Positions 50,464 through 64,000 of a stretch of DNA of 64,000 bases are shown one piece after another (within the stretch, counting starts at the first letter, position 1; the number at the start of each line of letters is the position of its first letter). This DNA comes from Anaeramoeba ignava BMAN (taxonomy: Eukaryota; Protista; Anaeramoebae). A program made the position numbers and the translations under genes. Under the pieces are notes generated by a model, which was not told the origin of the DNA, ran no database searches, and was given only the letters and a program-made list of their open reading frames with translations. The stretch spans positions 1,054,001-1,118,000 of the forward strand of contig JAPDFW010000070.1 in NCBI GenBank assembly GCA_028826165.1, in the 5' to 3' direction.

Positions 50464-53223
50464 ATGGAAGAAAAATTCTCATTTGATAAAGCAATTTCAA
50501 ACTTATTTGAAAGTAATTCTTTTTATGATGTTACATTTATAGTTGGTTCAAATCAAGATAAAGAAACGTTTTATTGCCATAAACTTATTTTATCTCTTAG
50601 AAGTGAATATTGGCAAAAATTATTTTTTGGTGCAAATTGGAAAGAAGTTCAAGATAAAGATTGTAAAATTGAAATTCCTGATATTCGACCTTCAATTTTT
50701 CAAGAAATGATGAGATACATTTATTGTAATCAAGTTAAAATTAATTCTGATAATTTACTTGATATTTTTATTTGTGCAGATAAATACTTAATTAATGGAT
50801 TAAGGGAAACTTGTGAAGATGATTTAATAAATTCTTTAGATTCTCAAAATTGTCTTGATTTATTTCATTTTTCTGAATCTTATAATTTGGAAGCTTTAAG
50901 TGGAAAAATAATTCAATTTATTATTAAAACGATTGATGAAGTTCTTAAAATTCATAATTTATCTCAAAAACTTTCATTTAATTTTGTTCTTCAAATCATT
51001 TCTTCAGTTCCAATTAAAAATCAATTTGATATTTTATGTAGTTTCTTTCAAACACAAAATGATGGATTAAAATCAAACCAAGACTCAAGTGAAGCTTTAC
51101 CAAAATTAACACAAGAACAAATCTTCCAAATTGATGAAATTATTGATTTTAGATTTATGGCACATGAACAACTTAAAGAACTTAAACAATTAGGATTTTT
51201 AACTAAAAAATTTGAAAGAATTCTTGAAGAAAAAAATCAAGAAGAAGTAAATTTATCTTTTATTTCTTTTTTCTCATTTTAAATTCAAAAATTTACTTTT
51301 CTTTTTATTTCTTTTTAGAATATTCCAATTTATGAAAATTTAATTTGTAGACTTGAAGTAAATGATTTAACATTTTCAAATGATGGAATTTGGAAAGATA
51401 AATCTGGATTTGGAAACAATGTTCAAAAACATCCAAAATATGAATTACCAACAGTTTTTAATGTTGAGAATTATAATGGAAAAAGTTTCAAAGTAATGAG
51501 ATTTAAACCATCTTGTGGAATGATTTTCCCAGATAAAATGATTATTCAACAACCATTCACAATTATGATAGTTGATAGATATTGTGGATCAAATAAAGGA
51601 AGAACACTTCAAAGTAGATATTTAAATTGGCTTTTAGGGAAATGGTCAGGACATAATGGATGTTTTATGGAAGGATGGATTGGGAAACAAGCAGCACATA
51701 ATGATGTTTTCTCAATTAACACATGTGTTTCAGAATCAAATCAAGCTAAATGGTATTTGGATGGAATACTCCAAGCAGTAATGCTATCACCAAAAGATCC
51801 ATATAGATTAGGTATTTGTGGAGGAGGAAAATATTCTAGTGAAGTTAGTGATGCAGATATTGCAGAAATTTTAATTTGGAATCGTAAACTTTCAGGAAAA
51901 GAATTAAAAAAAATGCATTCATGGTTGGGAAACAAATTTGGAGTTAATCAACCAAATATGACAAATCAATCGCTTGTTGTATCAGTTAGTGGAGAAAGTG
52001 GAATTGAAAATGGAGAATGGAAAGATGAATCTGGATTTGGATTTCATGCTCAAAAACATCCAAATTGTGAATTACCAAAAGTTTATAATGTTGAGAATTA
52101 TAATGGAAAAAGTTTCAAAGTAATGAGATTTAAACCATCTTGTGGAATGATTTTCCCAGATAATTTAGTTATTCAACAACCATTCACAGTTATGATAGTT
52201 GATAGATATTATGGAGCAAAACGAGAAAGAACACTTCAAAGTAGAGATCTAAATTGGCTTTTAGGAAAATGGGGAGGAGTTAATGGATGTTTTATGGAAG
52301 GATGGATTGGCCAATTTTCAGCATTTGAAAATGAATTTACAATCAATACAGCTACACTTTCAAACAACCAACCTAAATGGTATTTTAATGGTAAATTGTC
52401 AGGAGATAATGGGGGAATTTCATCACCATATAGATTAGGTATTTGTGGAGGAGGAAAATATAATAATGAAGTTAGTGATGCAGATATTGCAGAAATTTTA
52501 ATTTGGAATTATGTTCTTTCTGATGAAGAAAGAGAAAAACAAGAAAAATTACTTTCACAAAAATATGGAATTCAACTTCAAAATGAAAAAGAAAGAGATA
52601 TGGAAACTCAATCACTTATTGTATCAGTTAGTGGAGAAAGTGGAATTGAAAATGGAGAATGGAAAGATGAATCTGGATTTGGATTTCATGCTCAAAAACA
52701 TCCAAGTTATGAATTACCAAAAGTTTATAATGTTGAGAATTATAATGGAAAAAGTTTCAAAGTAATGAGATTTAAATCATCTTGTGGAATGATTTTTCCA
52801 GATAAATTAGTTATTGAAAAACCATTTACAATTATGATAGTTGATAGATATTATGGAGCAAAACGAGGAAGAACACTTCAAAGTAGAGATCTAAATTGGC
52901 TTTTAGGGAAATGGTCAGGAAAAAATGGATGTTTTATGGAAGGATGGATTGGAAATGAGCCAGTATCAAGAAATGATTTTACAATCAATACAGCTACACT
53001 TTCAAAAAACGAACCTAAATGGTATTTGAATGGAGAATTATTAGGAATTACTGGAGGAAGTACATCACCATATAGATTAGGTATTTGCAGAGGAGGGAAA
53101 TTTAATAATGAAGTTAGTGATGCAGATATTGCAGAGATCTTAATTTGGAATTATGTTCTTTCTGATGAAGAAAGAGAAAAACAAGAAAAATTACTTTCTC
53201 AAAAATATGGAATTAAACTTTAA
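50464..53223 (+). CDS. BTB + three LamG/concanavalin-A-like lectin-fold modules
   Basis: Exon 50464-51246 (YDVTFIVG..FYCHKLILSLRSEYW), intron 51247-51318, exon 51319-53223 in frame. Three ~210-aa modules, each WKDxSGFG...DIAEILIWN..LS..E...L..K(Y/F)G. Confidence 0.85.
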
Positions 53224-53366
53224 GGTGAAAAATAATTCCAAATTTACTTTCCAACATTTCTAACTTTTTACTTTTTACTTTTCACTTTTTACTTTTTACT
53301 TTTCATTCAAAAAAAAAGTTCCAAATCATTTTTTTCATTTTTTTCATTTTTTTTCATTTTTTTATA

Positions 53367-54857
53367 ATGGAAGAAAAATTCTCATTTGATAAAGCAATTT
53401 CAAACTTATTTGAAAGTAATTCTTTTTATGATGTTACATTTATAGTTGGCTCAAATCAAGATAAAGAAACGTTTTATTGCCATAAACTTATTTTATCTCT
53501 TAGAAGTGAATATTGGCAAAAATTATTTTTTGGTGCAAATTGGAAAGAAGTTCAAGATAAAGATTGTAAAATTGAAATTCCTGATATTCGACCTTCAATT
53601 TTTCAAGAAATGATGAGATACATTTATTGTAATCAAGTTAAAATTAATTCTGATAATTTACTTGATATTTTTATTTGTGCAGATAAATACTTAATTAATG
53701 GATTAAGAGAAACTTGTGAAGATGATTTAGTAAATTCTTTAGATTCTCAAAATTGTCTTGATTTATTTCATTTTTCTCAATCTTATAATTTGGAAGCTTT
53801 AAGTGGAAAAATAATTCAATTTATTATTAAAACGATTGATGAAGTTCTTAAAATTCATAATTTATCTCAAAAACTTTCATTTAATTTTGTTCTTCAAATC
53901 ATTTCTTCAGTTCCAATTAAAAATCAATTTGATATTTTATGTAGTTTCTTTCAAACACAAAATGATGGATTAAAATCAAACCAAAATTCAAGTGAAGCTT
54001 TACCAAAATTAACACAAGAACAAATCTTCCAAATTGATGAAATTATTGATTTTAGATTTATGGCACATGAACAACTTAAAGAACTTAAACAATTAGGATT
54101 TTTAACTAAAAAATTTGAAAGAATTTTTGAAGAAAAAAATCAAGAAGAAGTAAATTTATCTTTTATTTCTTTTTTCTCATTTTATTTTCAAAAATTTACT
54201 TTTCTTTTTATTTCTTTTTAGAATATTCCAAATTATGAAAATTTAATTTGTAGACTTGAAGTAAATGATTTAACATTTTCAAATGATGGAATTTGGAAAG
54301 ATAAATCAAAATTTGGAAACAATGTTCGAAAGCATCCAAGTTATGAATTACCAACAGTTTTTAATGTTGAGAATTATAATGGAAAAAGTTTCAAAGTAAT
54401 GAGATTTAAACCATCTTGTGGAATGATTTTTCCAGATGATTTAGTTATTCAACAACCATTTACAATTATGATAGTTGATAGATATTATGGAACAAAAAAA
54501 GGAAGAACACTTCAAAGTAGAGATGTAAATTGGCTTTTAGGAAAATGGTCAGGAAATGATGGATGTTTTATGGAAGGATGGATTGGAAAAAAAACAGTAT
54601 CAGGAAATGAATTTACAATCAATACAGCTACACTTTCAAATACTAATCCTAAATGGTATTTGAATGGTAAATTATTAGGAGATAATGGAGGAAATACATC
54701 ACCATATAAATTAGGTATTTGCAGAGGAGGAAAATTTAATAATGAAGTTAGTGATGCAGATATTGCAGAGATCTTAATTTGGAATTATGTTCTTTCTGAT
54801 GAAGAAAGAAAAAAACAAGAAAAATTACTTTCTCAAAAATATGGAATTAAACTTTAA
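53367..54857 (+). CDS. BTB + single LamG/ConA-like module (tandem paralog)
   Basis: Exon 53367-54149, intron 54150-54221, exon 54222-54857; the BTB exon is almost identical to the upstream copy. Confidence 0.87.
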
Positions 54858-54969
54858 GATGAAAAATAATTCCAAATTTACTTTCCAACATTTCTAACTT
54901 TTTACTTTTTACTTTTTACTTTTCATTAAAAACCAAACAATAAATTAATTAATTAATTAATTCTAAATT

Positions 54970-57290
54970 AATTTTATATTTTATTTAATAAAATTATATT
55001 TAATTTGTAAATAAATTTAAATAAAATATTTATTCCACTTTTTATTATTATTTATTTATATTTTATTTAATAAAATTATATTCAATTTGGAAATAAATTT
55101 GAATTAATATTTATTCCACTTTTTATTAATATTTATTTATATTTTATTTAATAAAATTATATTTAATTTGGAAATAAATTTAAATAAAATATTTATTCCA
55201 CTTTTTATTATTTATTTATTTTATTTAATAAAATTATATTTAATTTAGAAATAAATTTAAATTAAATATTTATTCCACTTTTTAAATATTTATTTTATAT
55301 TTTATTTTAAATAATAAAATTATATTTAATTTAGAAATAAATTTGAATTAAATATTTATTCCACTTTTTTTTATTATTTATTTATTTATAATTTATTTAA
55401 TAAAAATTATTTTTAATTTGGAAATAAATTTAAAATAAAATATTTATTCCACTTTTTTATTATTTAATAAAATTATATCCAATTTAGAAATAAATTTGAA
55501 TTAAATATTTAACTTTTTATTAATATTTATTTATATTTTATTTAATAAAATTATTCCACTTTTTATTAATTATTTATTTATATTTTATTTAATAAAAATT
55601 ATTTTCAATTTGGAAATAAATTTAATTAAATATTTATTCCACTTTTTTTTAAATATTTATTTAATAAAATTATATCCAATTTAGAAATAAATTTAAATTA
55701 ATATTTATTCCACTTTTTAATTATTTATATTTTATTTAATAAAATTATTTAATTTGGAAATAAATTTTAAATATTTATTCCACTTTTTTATTTAATAAAA
55801 TTTATATCTAATTTAGAAATAAATTTAAATAAATATTTATTCCACTTTTTTATTTAATAAAATTATATTCAATTTAGAAATAAATTTAAATAAATATTTA
55901 TTCCACTTTTTATTAATATTTATTTTTATTTTTATTTAATAAAAAATTATTTTCAATTTGGAAATAAATTTAAATTAAATATTTATTCCACTTTTAAATA
56001 TTTATTTTTATTTTATTTAATAAAATTATATTTAATTTGGAAATAAATTTAAAATAAATATTTATTCCACTTTTTATTGTATCTAATTTAGAAATAAATT
56101 TAAATTAAATATTTATTTTAAAATTTTTAAAATATTTATTTATTTATATTTAATTTTAAATTTTTAAATATTTATTCCACTTTTTATTATTATTTATTTT
56201 TATTTTATTTTTTAAAATTATATTCAATTTAGAAATAAATTTAAATAAAATATTTATTCCACTTTTTTAAAATTATATTTAATTTAGAAATAAATTTAAA
56301 TTAAATATTTATTCCTTTTTATTATTATTTATTTTTATTTTATTTAATAAAATTATATTTATTTAGAAATAAATTTTATTTTAATTTAGAAATAAATTAA
56401 ATTAAATATTTATTCCACTTTTTAAATATTTATTTAAATATTTATTCCACTTTTTTTATTATTTATTTATTTTATTTTATTTAATAAAATTATTTTCAAT
56501 TTGGAAATAAATTTAAATAAATATTTATTCCACTTTTTTTTATTTAATAAAATTATTTTTAATTTAGAAATAAATTTTAAATATTTATTCCACTTTTTAT
56601 TATTTATTTATATTTTATTTAATAAAATTATATTTAATTTAGAAATAAATTTAAATAAAATATTTATTCCACTTTTTTTGATAAAATTATTTCAATTTAG
56701 AAATAAATTTAATAAATATTTATTCCACTTTTTATTAATTATTTATTTATTTTAATAAAATTATATTCAATTTAGAAATAAATTTAATTAAATATTTATT
56801 CCACTTTTTATTATTTATTTATTTTATATTTTATTTAATAAAATTATATTTAATTTGGAAATAAATTTAAATAAATATTTATTCCACTTTTTATTATTAT
56901 TTATTTATATTTTATTTAATAAAATTATATTTAATTTAGAAATAAATTTGAATTAATATTTATTCCACTTTTTATTAATATTTATTTATAATTTTATTTA
57001 ATAAAATTATATTTAATTTAGAAATAAATTTAAATTAATATTTATTCCACTTTTTATTAATATTTATTTATATTTTATTTAATAAAATTATATTTAATTT
57101 GGAAATAAATTAAATATTTATTCCACTTTTTATTATTTATTTATTTATATTTTATTTAATAAAATTATATCCAATTTAGAAATAAATTTAAATTAAATAT
57201 TTATTCCACTTTTTATTATTATTTATTTATATTTTATTTAATAAAATTATATTCAATTTAGAAATAAATTTAAATTAAATATTTATTTAA
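54970..57290. repeat. Tandem array of ~75-80 bp AT-rich unit (about 30 copies)
   Basis: The cores AATATTTATTCCACTTTTT and AATTT(A/G)GAAATAAATTT recur (55032, 55113, 55195, 55272 and onward). Confidence 0.92.
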
Positions 57291-57370
57291 AATTTTTTTT
57301 AAAATATTTATTTAAATAATAATAAAATTAAAAAAAAAATAAGAAAAAAAAATTAATAATTTTAAATGGA

Positions 57371-57442
57371 GGAGGTATAGTATAATGGTCAGTATGATTG
57401 ATTGTGGTTCAATAGATGTGAGTTCGATTCTCGCTACCTCCA
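57371..57442 (+). tRNA. trnH-GUG: tRNA-His(GUG)
   Basis: Acceptor GGAGGTA/TACCTCC, D-arm GTAT-AATGGTCA-GTAT, anticodon stem ATTGA/TCAAT with loop TTGTGGT, T-arm GTGAG-TTCGATT-CTCGC, discriminator A, followed by a T-tract. Confidence 0.96.
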
Positions 57443-57550
57443 TTATTTTTTTTATTTTTTTATTTTTTTTAATTAAAAAGTGGATTTTTATTTTTTTTCC
57501 TTTTTTCCTTTTTTCATTTTTTTCATTTTTTTTTTTTCAAATTTTATTAA

Positions 57551-60500
57551 ATGATAATGGAAATATTTTATCCAAAATGTGCTAATTGGTAAAAATTTAA
57601 AAAATAAATAACCAAAAATAATCTTTTAAACAACAACAAAAACATATTTTATATAATTTTATTAGCAATAATCCTATTAAAACAACAGAAGTTTATCATT
57701 GTTTAAAAGGTCATTCAATTTGTTCAAAATGTTTTAAATTTGGAAAATGTCCAAAAGATGGTTCATCTTTATTTAATACAAATCGCAATCATTCACTTGA
57801 AAAATTTATTGATGAACTTAATACTCTTATGAAACAAAAATTATCTACTCCAAATATAGATTATGAAGATTTTTCTGTAGATCTTGCAAAAGCAATTTAT
57901 TATCCTCAACAAAAAAAAACAAAAAAAAAATTCATTGAAAAAAATAGTTTTTTTCCAAAAAGATCTAAAAAATTTAAAAATAAGCCAAGAATTGAAATTG
58001 AAAAAATTGAAGAAATTGAAGAAATAGAAAAAGGTGAAACAAATAGTACAACTTATAGTTCAAGTGAATCAAATCCAGAAAAACAAAAACCAAAACAAAA
58101 TCAAAATGAAAATCAAAATGAAAATCAAAATGAAAATGAAAAACCAAAACAAAAACAAATTCAAAATCAAAATGAAAATCAAAATGAAAAAGAAAAACCA
58201 AAACAAAAAAAAATTCAAATTCAAAATCAAAATCAAATTCAAATTGAAAATGAAAATCAAAATCAAAATCAAAATCAAAATCAAAATCAAATTCAAATTC
58301 AAAATCAAATTGAAAATGAAAATGAAAATCAAATTGAAAATGAAAATGAAAATCAAAATGAAAATGAAAATCAAAATCAAAATCAAAATGAAAATCAAAA
58401 TCAAAATAAAAATCAAAATCAAAATCAAAATCAAATTCAAAATCAAAATCAAATTCAAATTCAAATTCAAAATGAAAGTGAAAATGAAAATGAAAAACCA
58501 AAACAAAAACAAATTCAAATTCAAATTCAAAATGAAAATGAAAAACCAAAACAAAAACAAAAACAAAAACATCATAAACATATTAAAAAAAAACACAACC
58601 ATTCTAAAATCGGTTTTAATCAAAAAGAAAATATTGCAAATCAAGAGGATCAATTAATTACTAATATTCCAGATAAAAATACTCTTTTAAATTTTAATAT
58701 ATCTCAACAAAAACCAAAAAGAAAGTCAAAAAGAAAGTCAAAAAGAAAGTCAAAAAGAAAGTCAAAAAGAAATCAAAATGAAAATGAAAATCAAAATCAA
58801 AATGAAAATCAAAATGAAAATCAAATTGAAAATCAAATTGAAAATCAAAATCAAAATCAAAATCAAAATGAAAATCAAAATGAAAATCAAAATGAAAATG
58901 AAATTCAAATTGAAAGAAAACGAGATCAAATTCTTAATAAGAAAAAAAATAAATCCAAGAAATCTAAAAATGAAAATCAAAATCAAAATCAAAATCAAAA
59001 TCAAAATCAAAATCAAAATGAAAATCAAAATGAAAATGAAATTCAAATTGAAAGAAAACGAGATCAAATTCTTAATAAGAAAAAAAATAAATCCAAGAAA
59101 TCTAAAAAAGAAAATCAAATTCAAAATCAAATTCAAAATCAAAATGAAAATCAAAATGAAAATCAAATTAAAATTCAAATTCAAAATGAAAAAGAAAAAG
59201 AACAAAATACTGTAAGAAATATTAATAGAAATAATCTGAATTTTTTATATTTTATTCATTTTTTAATTTGAATTCCAAATTATTACAATAATAAATAATA
59301 ATTAAGGAAAAACAGAAAAATAGAATTAATCGATCCAAACTATTAGAAAAATTCGCAAAAGAGCTGAAAAATGAAGAAAACCGTGACAAAGACAAAGACA
59401 AAGATAATACAACAGAAAATTCACAAATCAATTTAGATGAAAAAGAAAACATGTCAAAATCAAAAAAATCAAGATCCAAAATAAAATCAAAATCAAAATC
59501 AAAATCAAAATTACAATCAAAATCAAAATTACAATCAAAATCAAAATCAAAATCAAAATCAAAATCAAAATCAAAATCAAAATCAAAATTAAAATTAAAA
59601 CCAAAAATTAATTATCTACATTTAAATGATAATGATAATGAAAATGAAATTGATATTGATAATGAAATTGATAATGATAATGATAATGAAAATGATATTG
59701 ATAATGATATTGAAAATAAAAATGATAATGATAATGATAATGATAATGATAATGATAATGATAATGATAATGATAATGATAATGATAATGATAATGATAA
59801 TGATAATGATAATGATAATGAAAATGATAATGATAATGATAATGATAATGATAATGATAATGATAATGATAATGATAATGATAATGAAATTGATAATGAA
59901 AATGAAAATGAAAATGAAAATGAAATTGATAATGATAATGATAATGATAATGATAATGATAATGATAATGATAATGATAATGATAATGATAATGATAATG
60001 ATAATGATAATGATAATGATTTAATTGATAATGATTTAATTGATAATGATATTAATGATAATCAATCAAAAAATAAAGTAAAGCATACACACAAAAGCAA
60101 ACACAAAAGAAATTTAAAGAAAAAAATTGGACAAGATCAAAATTTGGATGATGAAGAATTGAATGAGAATGAAAATAAACACAATCACAAACACAAGCAT
60201 AAGCACAAACACAAACACAAAAATAAACATCAAAAGAAAATTAATAAGACAAAGCGAACCATAATAAACAATAGATTAAATGATAATGAAAATGATTTAA
60301 ATGAAAATGATTTAAATGAAAATGATTTAAATGAAAATGATTTAAATGAAAATGATTTAAATGAAAATGATTTAAATGAAAATGATTTAAATGAAAATGA
60401 TTTAAATGAAAATGATTTAAATGAAAATGATTTAAATGAAAATGGTTTAAATGAAAATGGTTTAAATGATAATGATTTAAATGATAATGATGAAAATGAA

Positions 60501-60710
60501 AATGATTTAAATGAAAATGATTTAAATGAAAATGAAAATCAAAATCAAAATCAAATTGAAATTGAAAATCAAATTGAAAACCAAATCCAAAATCAAATTG
60601 AAAATCAAGTAAATGAAAAAGAAAAAAAGAAAAAGAAAAAGAAAAAAAGTAAAAGAAAAAGTAAAAGAAAAAGTAAAAGAAAAAATGGAATTGAGAACAA
60701 AGAAAAATAA
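57551..60710 (+). CDS. N-terminal RING finger (SINA-like, C3HC3D variant) + very long low-complexity NQ/NE/ND/KS/HK tail
   Basis: Exons 57551-57588, 57666-59211, 59307-60710, all in frame. CANC..YHCLKGHSICSKC..KCPKD..RNHSLEKFI. Confidence 0.75.
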
Positions 60711-60973
60711 TTCAAAAAAAAAAAAGACTTTTTCCAAATTTTTTCATAAAGATTTTTTTTTGATAAATTTTGATTAAGAAAGTATTTCTAATTAAATAAA
60801 GAATCATAATAAAAATAAAAATAAAAATGAAGAAAAATTTAACTTAAAATTTTAAGAAAAAAAAATTTTTTTAAATCCAAAAAAATAATTTCATTTTTTT
60901 CTTTTTCAAAATTTGTTTTTAGTTTCTTTTCTTTTTCTTTTTCATTTTTTAAAAAAAAATTTTTATTTTTATT

Positions 60974-63900
60974 ATGATTACAAAAGGTAAAAAAAACACA
61001 AAAAAAAAAATAAAAGAAAAATAAAAAAAAAAGAAGAAAAATTAAGAAAAAGAAATATTTAAAATTAAATTAAACAGGAAAAAAGAAACCTGCCATAAAA
61101 AAAACTCGAAAAGAAGGTGAAAAAAAACCACTCGAAGGTGTTGATTGGTCGACTATTGGTTCAAAATATGGTGCAAAAACTGTAAAAACTGAAGATTTAA
61201 AGAAAAAAAACAACCACAAAATTCCAATTTTAATAAATTAATAAATAAATAAATAAATTAATAAATAAATAAATTAATAAATAATTTAATAAATAAATTA
61301 ATAAATAAATTAATAAATAAATTAATAAATAAATTAATAAATAAATTAATAAATAAATTAATAAATAAATTAATAAATTAATTAATAAATAAATTAATAA
61401 ATAAATTAATAAATAATTTAATAATAAATAATAAATAAATTAATAAATAAATTAATAAATAAATTTAAAAATAAATTAATAAATATAATAATAAATAATT
61501 TAATAAATAATTTAATAAATATATTAATTAATAAATAAATTAATAATAAATAATAAATAAAGATCCCAGACAACAACGATCTGGAAAACAAAATAAAAGA
61601 ACTGGAAGAACAAATGCACTCGACAGAATGGGAGACACGAAAAGAAGCATTAATAGAAATACATCGATTACTAAACGGAAACGAAGGGGGAGAAATGGGG
61701 GGATTATGGAACGAATTACGACGACTTCGGGGAGTATTAACCGATTTGATTGGGGAAGAACGGTCAGCAATAGTGAAGCACGCATGCTATGTAGTTTCAC
61801 ACATGTCCCGATTAATGAAGAACGAATTTGCGTTCTTTTTTGAAGGAGGAATATTCACAGCGCTGAATAAACGCGTGGTGTCGTCTATACAGATAATCGC
61901 TGAGAGCGCAACGATATGCACAAAGCAAGTGATTAAACAAACAACGGCGAGCAAAATCATACCCGTTGTAGCGGATGTGATCCACACTTCGCGCAGCTCG
62001 GAGCAGCGGGAATGCAACGCTGAATATATGCGGCTCATTATCAGAAATTGGGACAAAAACGTTCTTGATGAATTTATTAAGGATGTTGACCAAGCCATAA
62101 GTGATTCCTTAGCGGATGCAAGAGAGAAATCACGCCGCTCAGGAAGACTCTCTTTTTGGGAGTTCTCAAGACATTTCCCCTCACGATGCAAGGAAATGTT
62201 CCTGCGTTTAGACCAAAAAACACGCGCTGCTGTCCTCGCTCAGAAACATACAGAGAACAACGAGCGTAACAAGTTGTTTTCGTTGATTGAGGCTTTCCAA
62301 CCGCAAAAATCCTCGAAATCGGATCGCAACTCAAAAGATCATCTTAGATCACATTCTCTTGCACCCCCAAAAAATGCTAAAACAAAATCCGTTGGGGTCA
62401 AGAAAACCCCGATGCAACGTGTTAAAAAATCCATTCGATTGCGAAAGGGACCGTTATCGGAATTTTCTCAAGGAGCAGCCCCATTGACAGAGGCGAATGT
62501 CTCAAAACTCCACAAGTCCACAAAGAGTCGCGCGAAGATCCAGAGCGCAATTTCGCAAGTGTCAATCCGAAGCGGTAGCTCTTCCAACGCGCCGAAGGAT
62601 CCACAGTCGCAGAAGGCGCAGGCGGAGCTGGAAAACATAGTGAAGCAAGCAAAATCGGATAAATCGAACACAAGCAGCAACGCGCTTCTTCAGCTTCTGG
62701 AGATTGCCAAGCAGGAGGACCGTCCCGAACTCGTCGACAAAACATCATTCCGGAAATGTCTTTCTGGCGTCATCGCCTTGCTTTCTTCTCCTCAATCAAA
62801 AATCCGTTTATTGTCGGTTAAAATCGTCCGCACTCTTGTTGATAATTACACATATAATTTCCAGAAATACCTGCAGTCAACCCTTGCCGCCCTCATACCA
62901 ATCTTCGTCGATAAAAAGGACAATCTTCGCGACGAAGTTAGAGACCTATTCGATCTCGTCAGATCATGCTTCGGAAGTTCCGTTCTCATCCCCTCAATCG
63001 TCGCCGTTCTCGAAAAATCCCAGCAGTCTCTCCGCCCCACTATTCTAGACCTCATGCTCGTTGTTTTCCAGGAAGACACAGACAAGTTCTTCGACGATTC
63101 TGGCGCCGCAAAGTCCGTTATTTCAACTCTCAGACCTCTTGCAAAACTCTCAAATCTCGAGACAAAACGCAAGCTCAAAAAACTCGTCCAAATCATGGCT
63201 AAAAAAAACCCCACTGACTTAAACATTCAGATTTCTGCCCTTCCGCTTGATGAGCAGAAGCTCTTCTCTTCCTTTATCCGCGAGCGCACTTCCCCCACAA
63301 AGTCTGTTAAACGAGTCGCAAAGATAAAAACAAGCAAGTCCCCAAAAACACAAACTACTTCCTCTTTAAATCCCATTAAAAAAGAACCGACTCTCGCTCT
63401 TAAATCCACAAAATCATTCTCAAACAAAAAACCCTCTCAAAAATCCTCCCTCTCAAACCTCTCTGCTAAGTCTCTTGTCCCAAAGAAAAAAAGCCCCACT
63501 AACCAAACTGACTCACAAAAAAAAACACTTACTCAAAAACAATCCAAACTGACCCAATTGAAGAAAAAACCAACGGTCAAAAAACTGTCAAAAACAACAA
63601 GTAATTCCGTAAATGCAAAAAGTTCGTTAGGCTTGAAAAACCCGCAAAAAACGAAAAAGTCCCAAAAAAAGAAAAATTCCGAAACAACCCAAAATAACCA
63701 AAACGAGCAAGACCAAGAAAACAGCCAAGCGTTTATGGACGACGACATGGTCAACTCAATCAGCGCGCTTTTAATGGCTCTTACAGACTCATCCGCGCGC
63801 AAAGAATCGCTGCGCACATTGATCACATTCTCCGAAGAGCATATTGAACAGGTTTGGGACAAAACCTTTGCCGTTATAGTTTTCCATCTTTTGAACCTAT

Positions 63901-64000
63901 TTATAGACGAAGACAAAAGCCTCCAAGACGACATTCTCTCACTAACAAACAAGCTCGTCAAAAATCAATCCGAATACTTCAAACCATGCACAACAGAAAT
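60974..64000 (+). CDS. CLASP: CLASP/Stu1-like TOG/HEAT microtubule-associated protein (3' end beyond window)
   Basis: Exons 60974-60986, 61078 to about 61181, and 61563 to the window end (open frame). WETRKEAL..LTDLIGEERSAIVKHACYVVSHM..RECNAEYM..W..DQAISDSLADAREKSRRSGR..FWEF..FP matches CLASP_N; basic S/K linkers and further HEAT segments follow. Confidence 0.8.
61230..61560. repeat. Intronic (AATAAATAAATT)n repeat
   Basis: Pure A/T tandem units inside the CLASP intron. Confidence 0.88.

Noticed and set aside
54970-57290. CRISPR array or second exon array
   Set aside because: There are no unique spacers and no consistent splice sites or open frame; it is a simple satellite.
57385-57585. 66-aa ORF
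   Set aside because: It overlaps tRNA-His and T-rich promoter sequence.
57974-60024. Overlapping MK/IK/FD/IL/MI dipeptide ORFs
   Set aside because: They are alternative frames or antisense readings of the low-complexity RING gene.
61540-63961. Many short ORFs suggesting a foreign GC-rich insert
   Set aside because: They are shadows of one long + strand CLASP exon that runs off the window.

Overview
This is extremely AT-rich eukaryotic genomic DNA with spliceosomal GT-AG introns, very short intergenic gaps, N/Q/E-rich low-complexity proteins and many AT-rich tandem arrays. The composition, NQ/NE repeats and BTB/ankyrin/TLDc expansions resemble the anaerobic metamonad Anaeramoeba; that is an inference, not a verified assignment. 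Recognisable housekeeping genes are dihydrolipoamide dehydrogenase, INTS9, RPS15A, RPL30, NSE1, a Rab8/RabE GTPase, a CLASP-like protein and tRNA-His. Also present are a large Cys-rich multipass surface protein, an NT-C2/DIL protein and a RING protein. Seven BTB/POZ genes are each fused to a putative recognition module (TLDc x2, ankyrin x2, LamG/ConA-like x2, armadillo x1). The standout is invisible in the ORF track: at about 23.0-30.2 kb (minus strand) is an array of 20 near-identical, symmetric phase-1 exons plus a capping exon. Each encodes one armadillo repeat with variation concentrated in helix 3, and the array lies downstream of a BTB/coiled-coil exon. It is a candidate combinatorial (exon-skipping/shuffling) recognition system. 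Several local frameshifts and scrambled stretches look like consensus or assembly errors.
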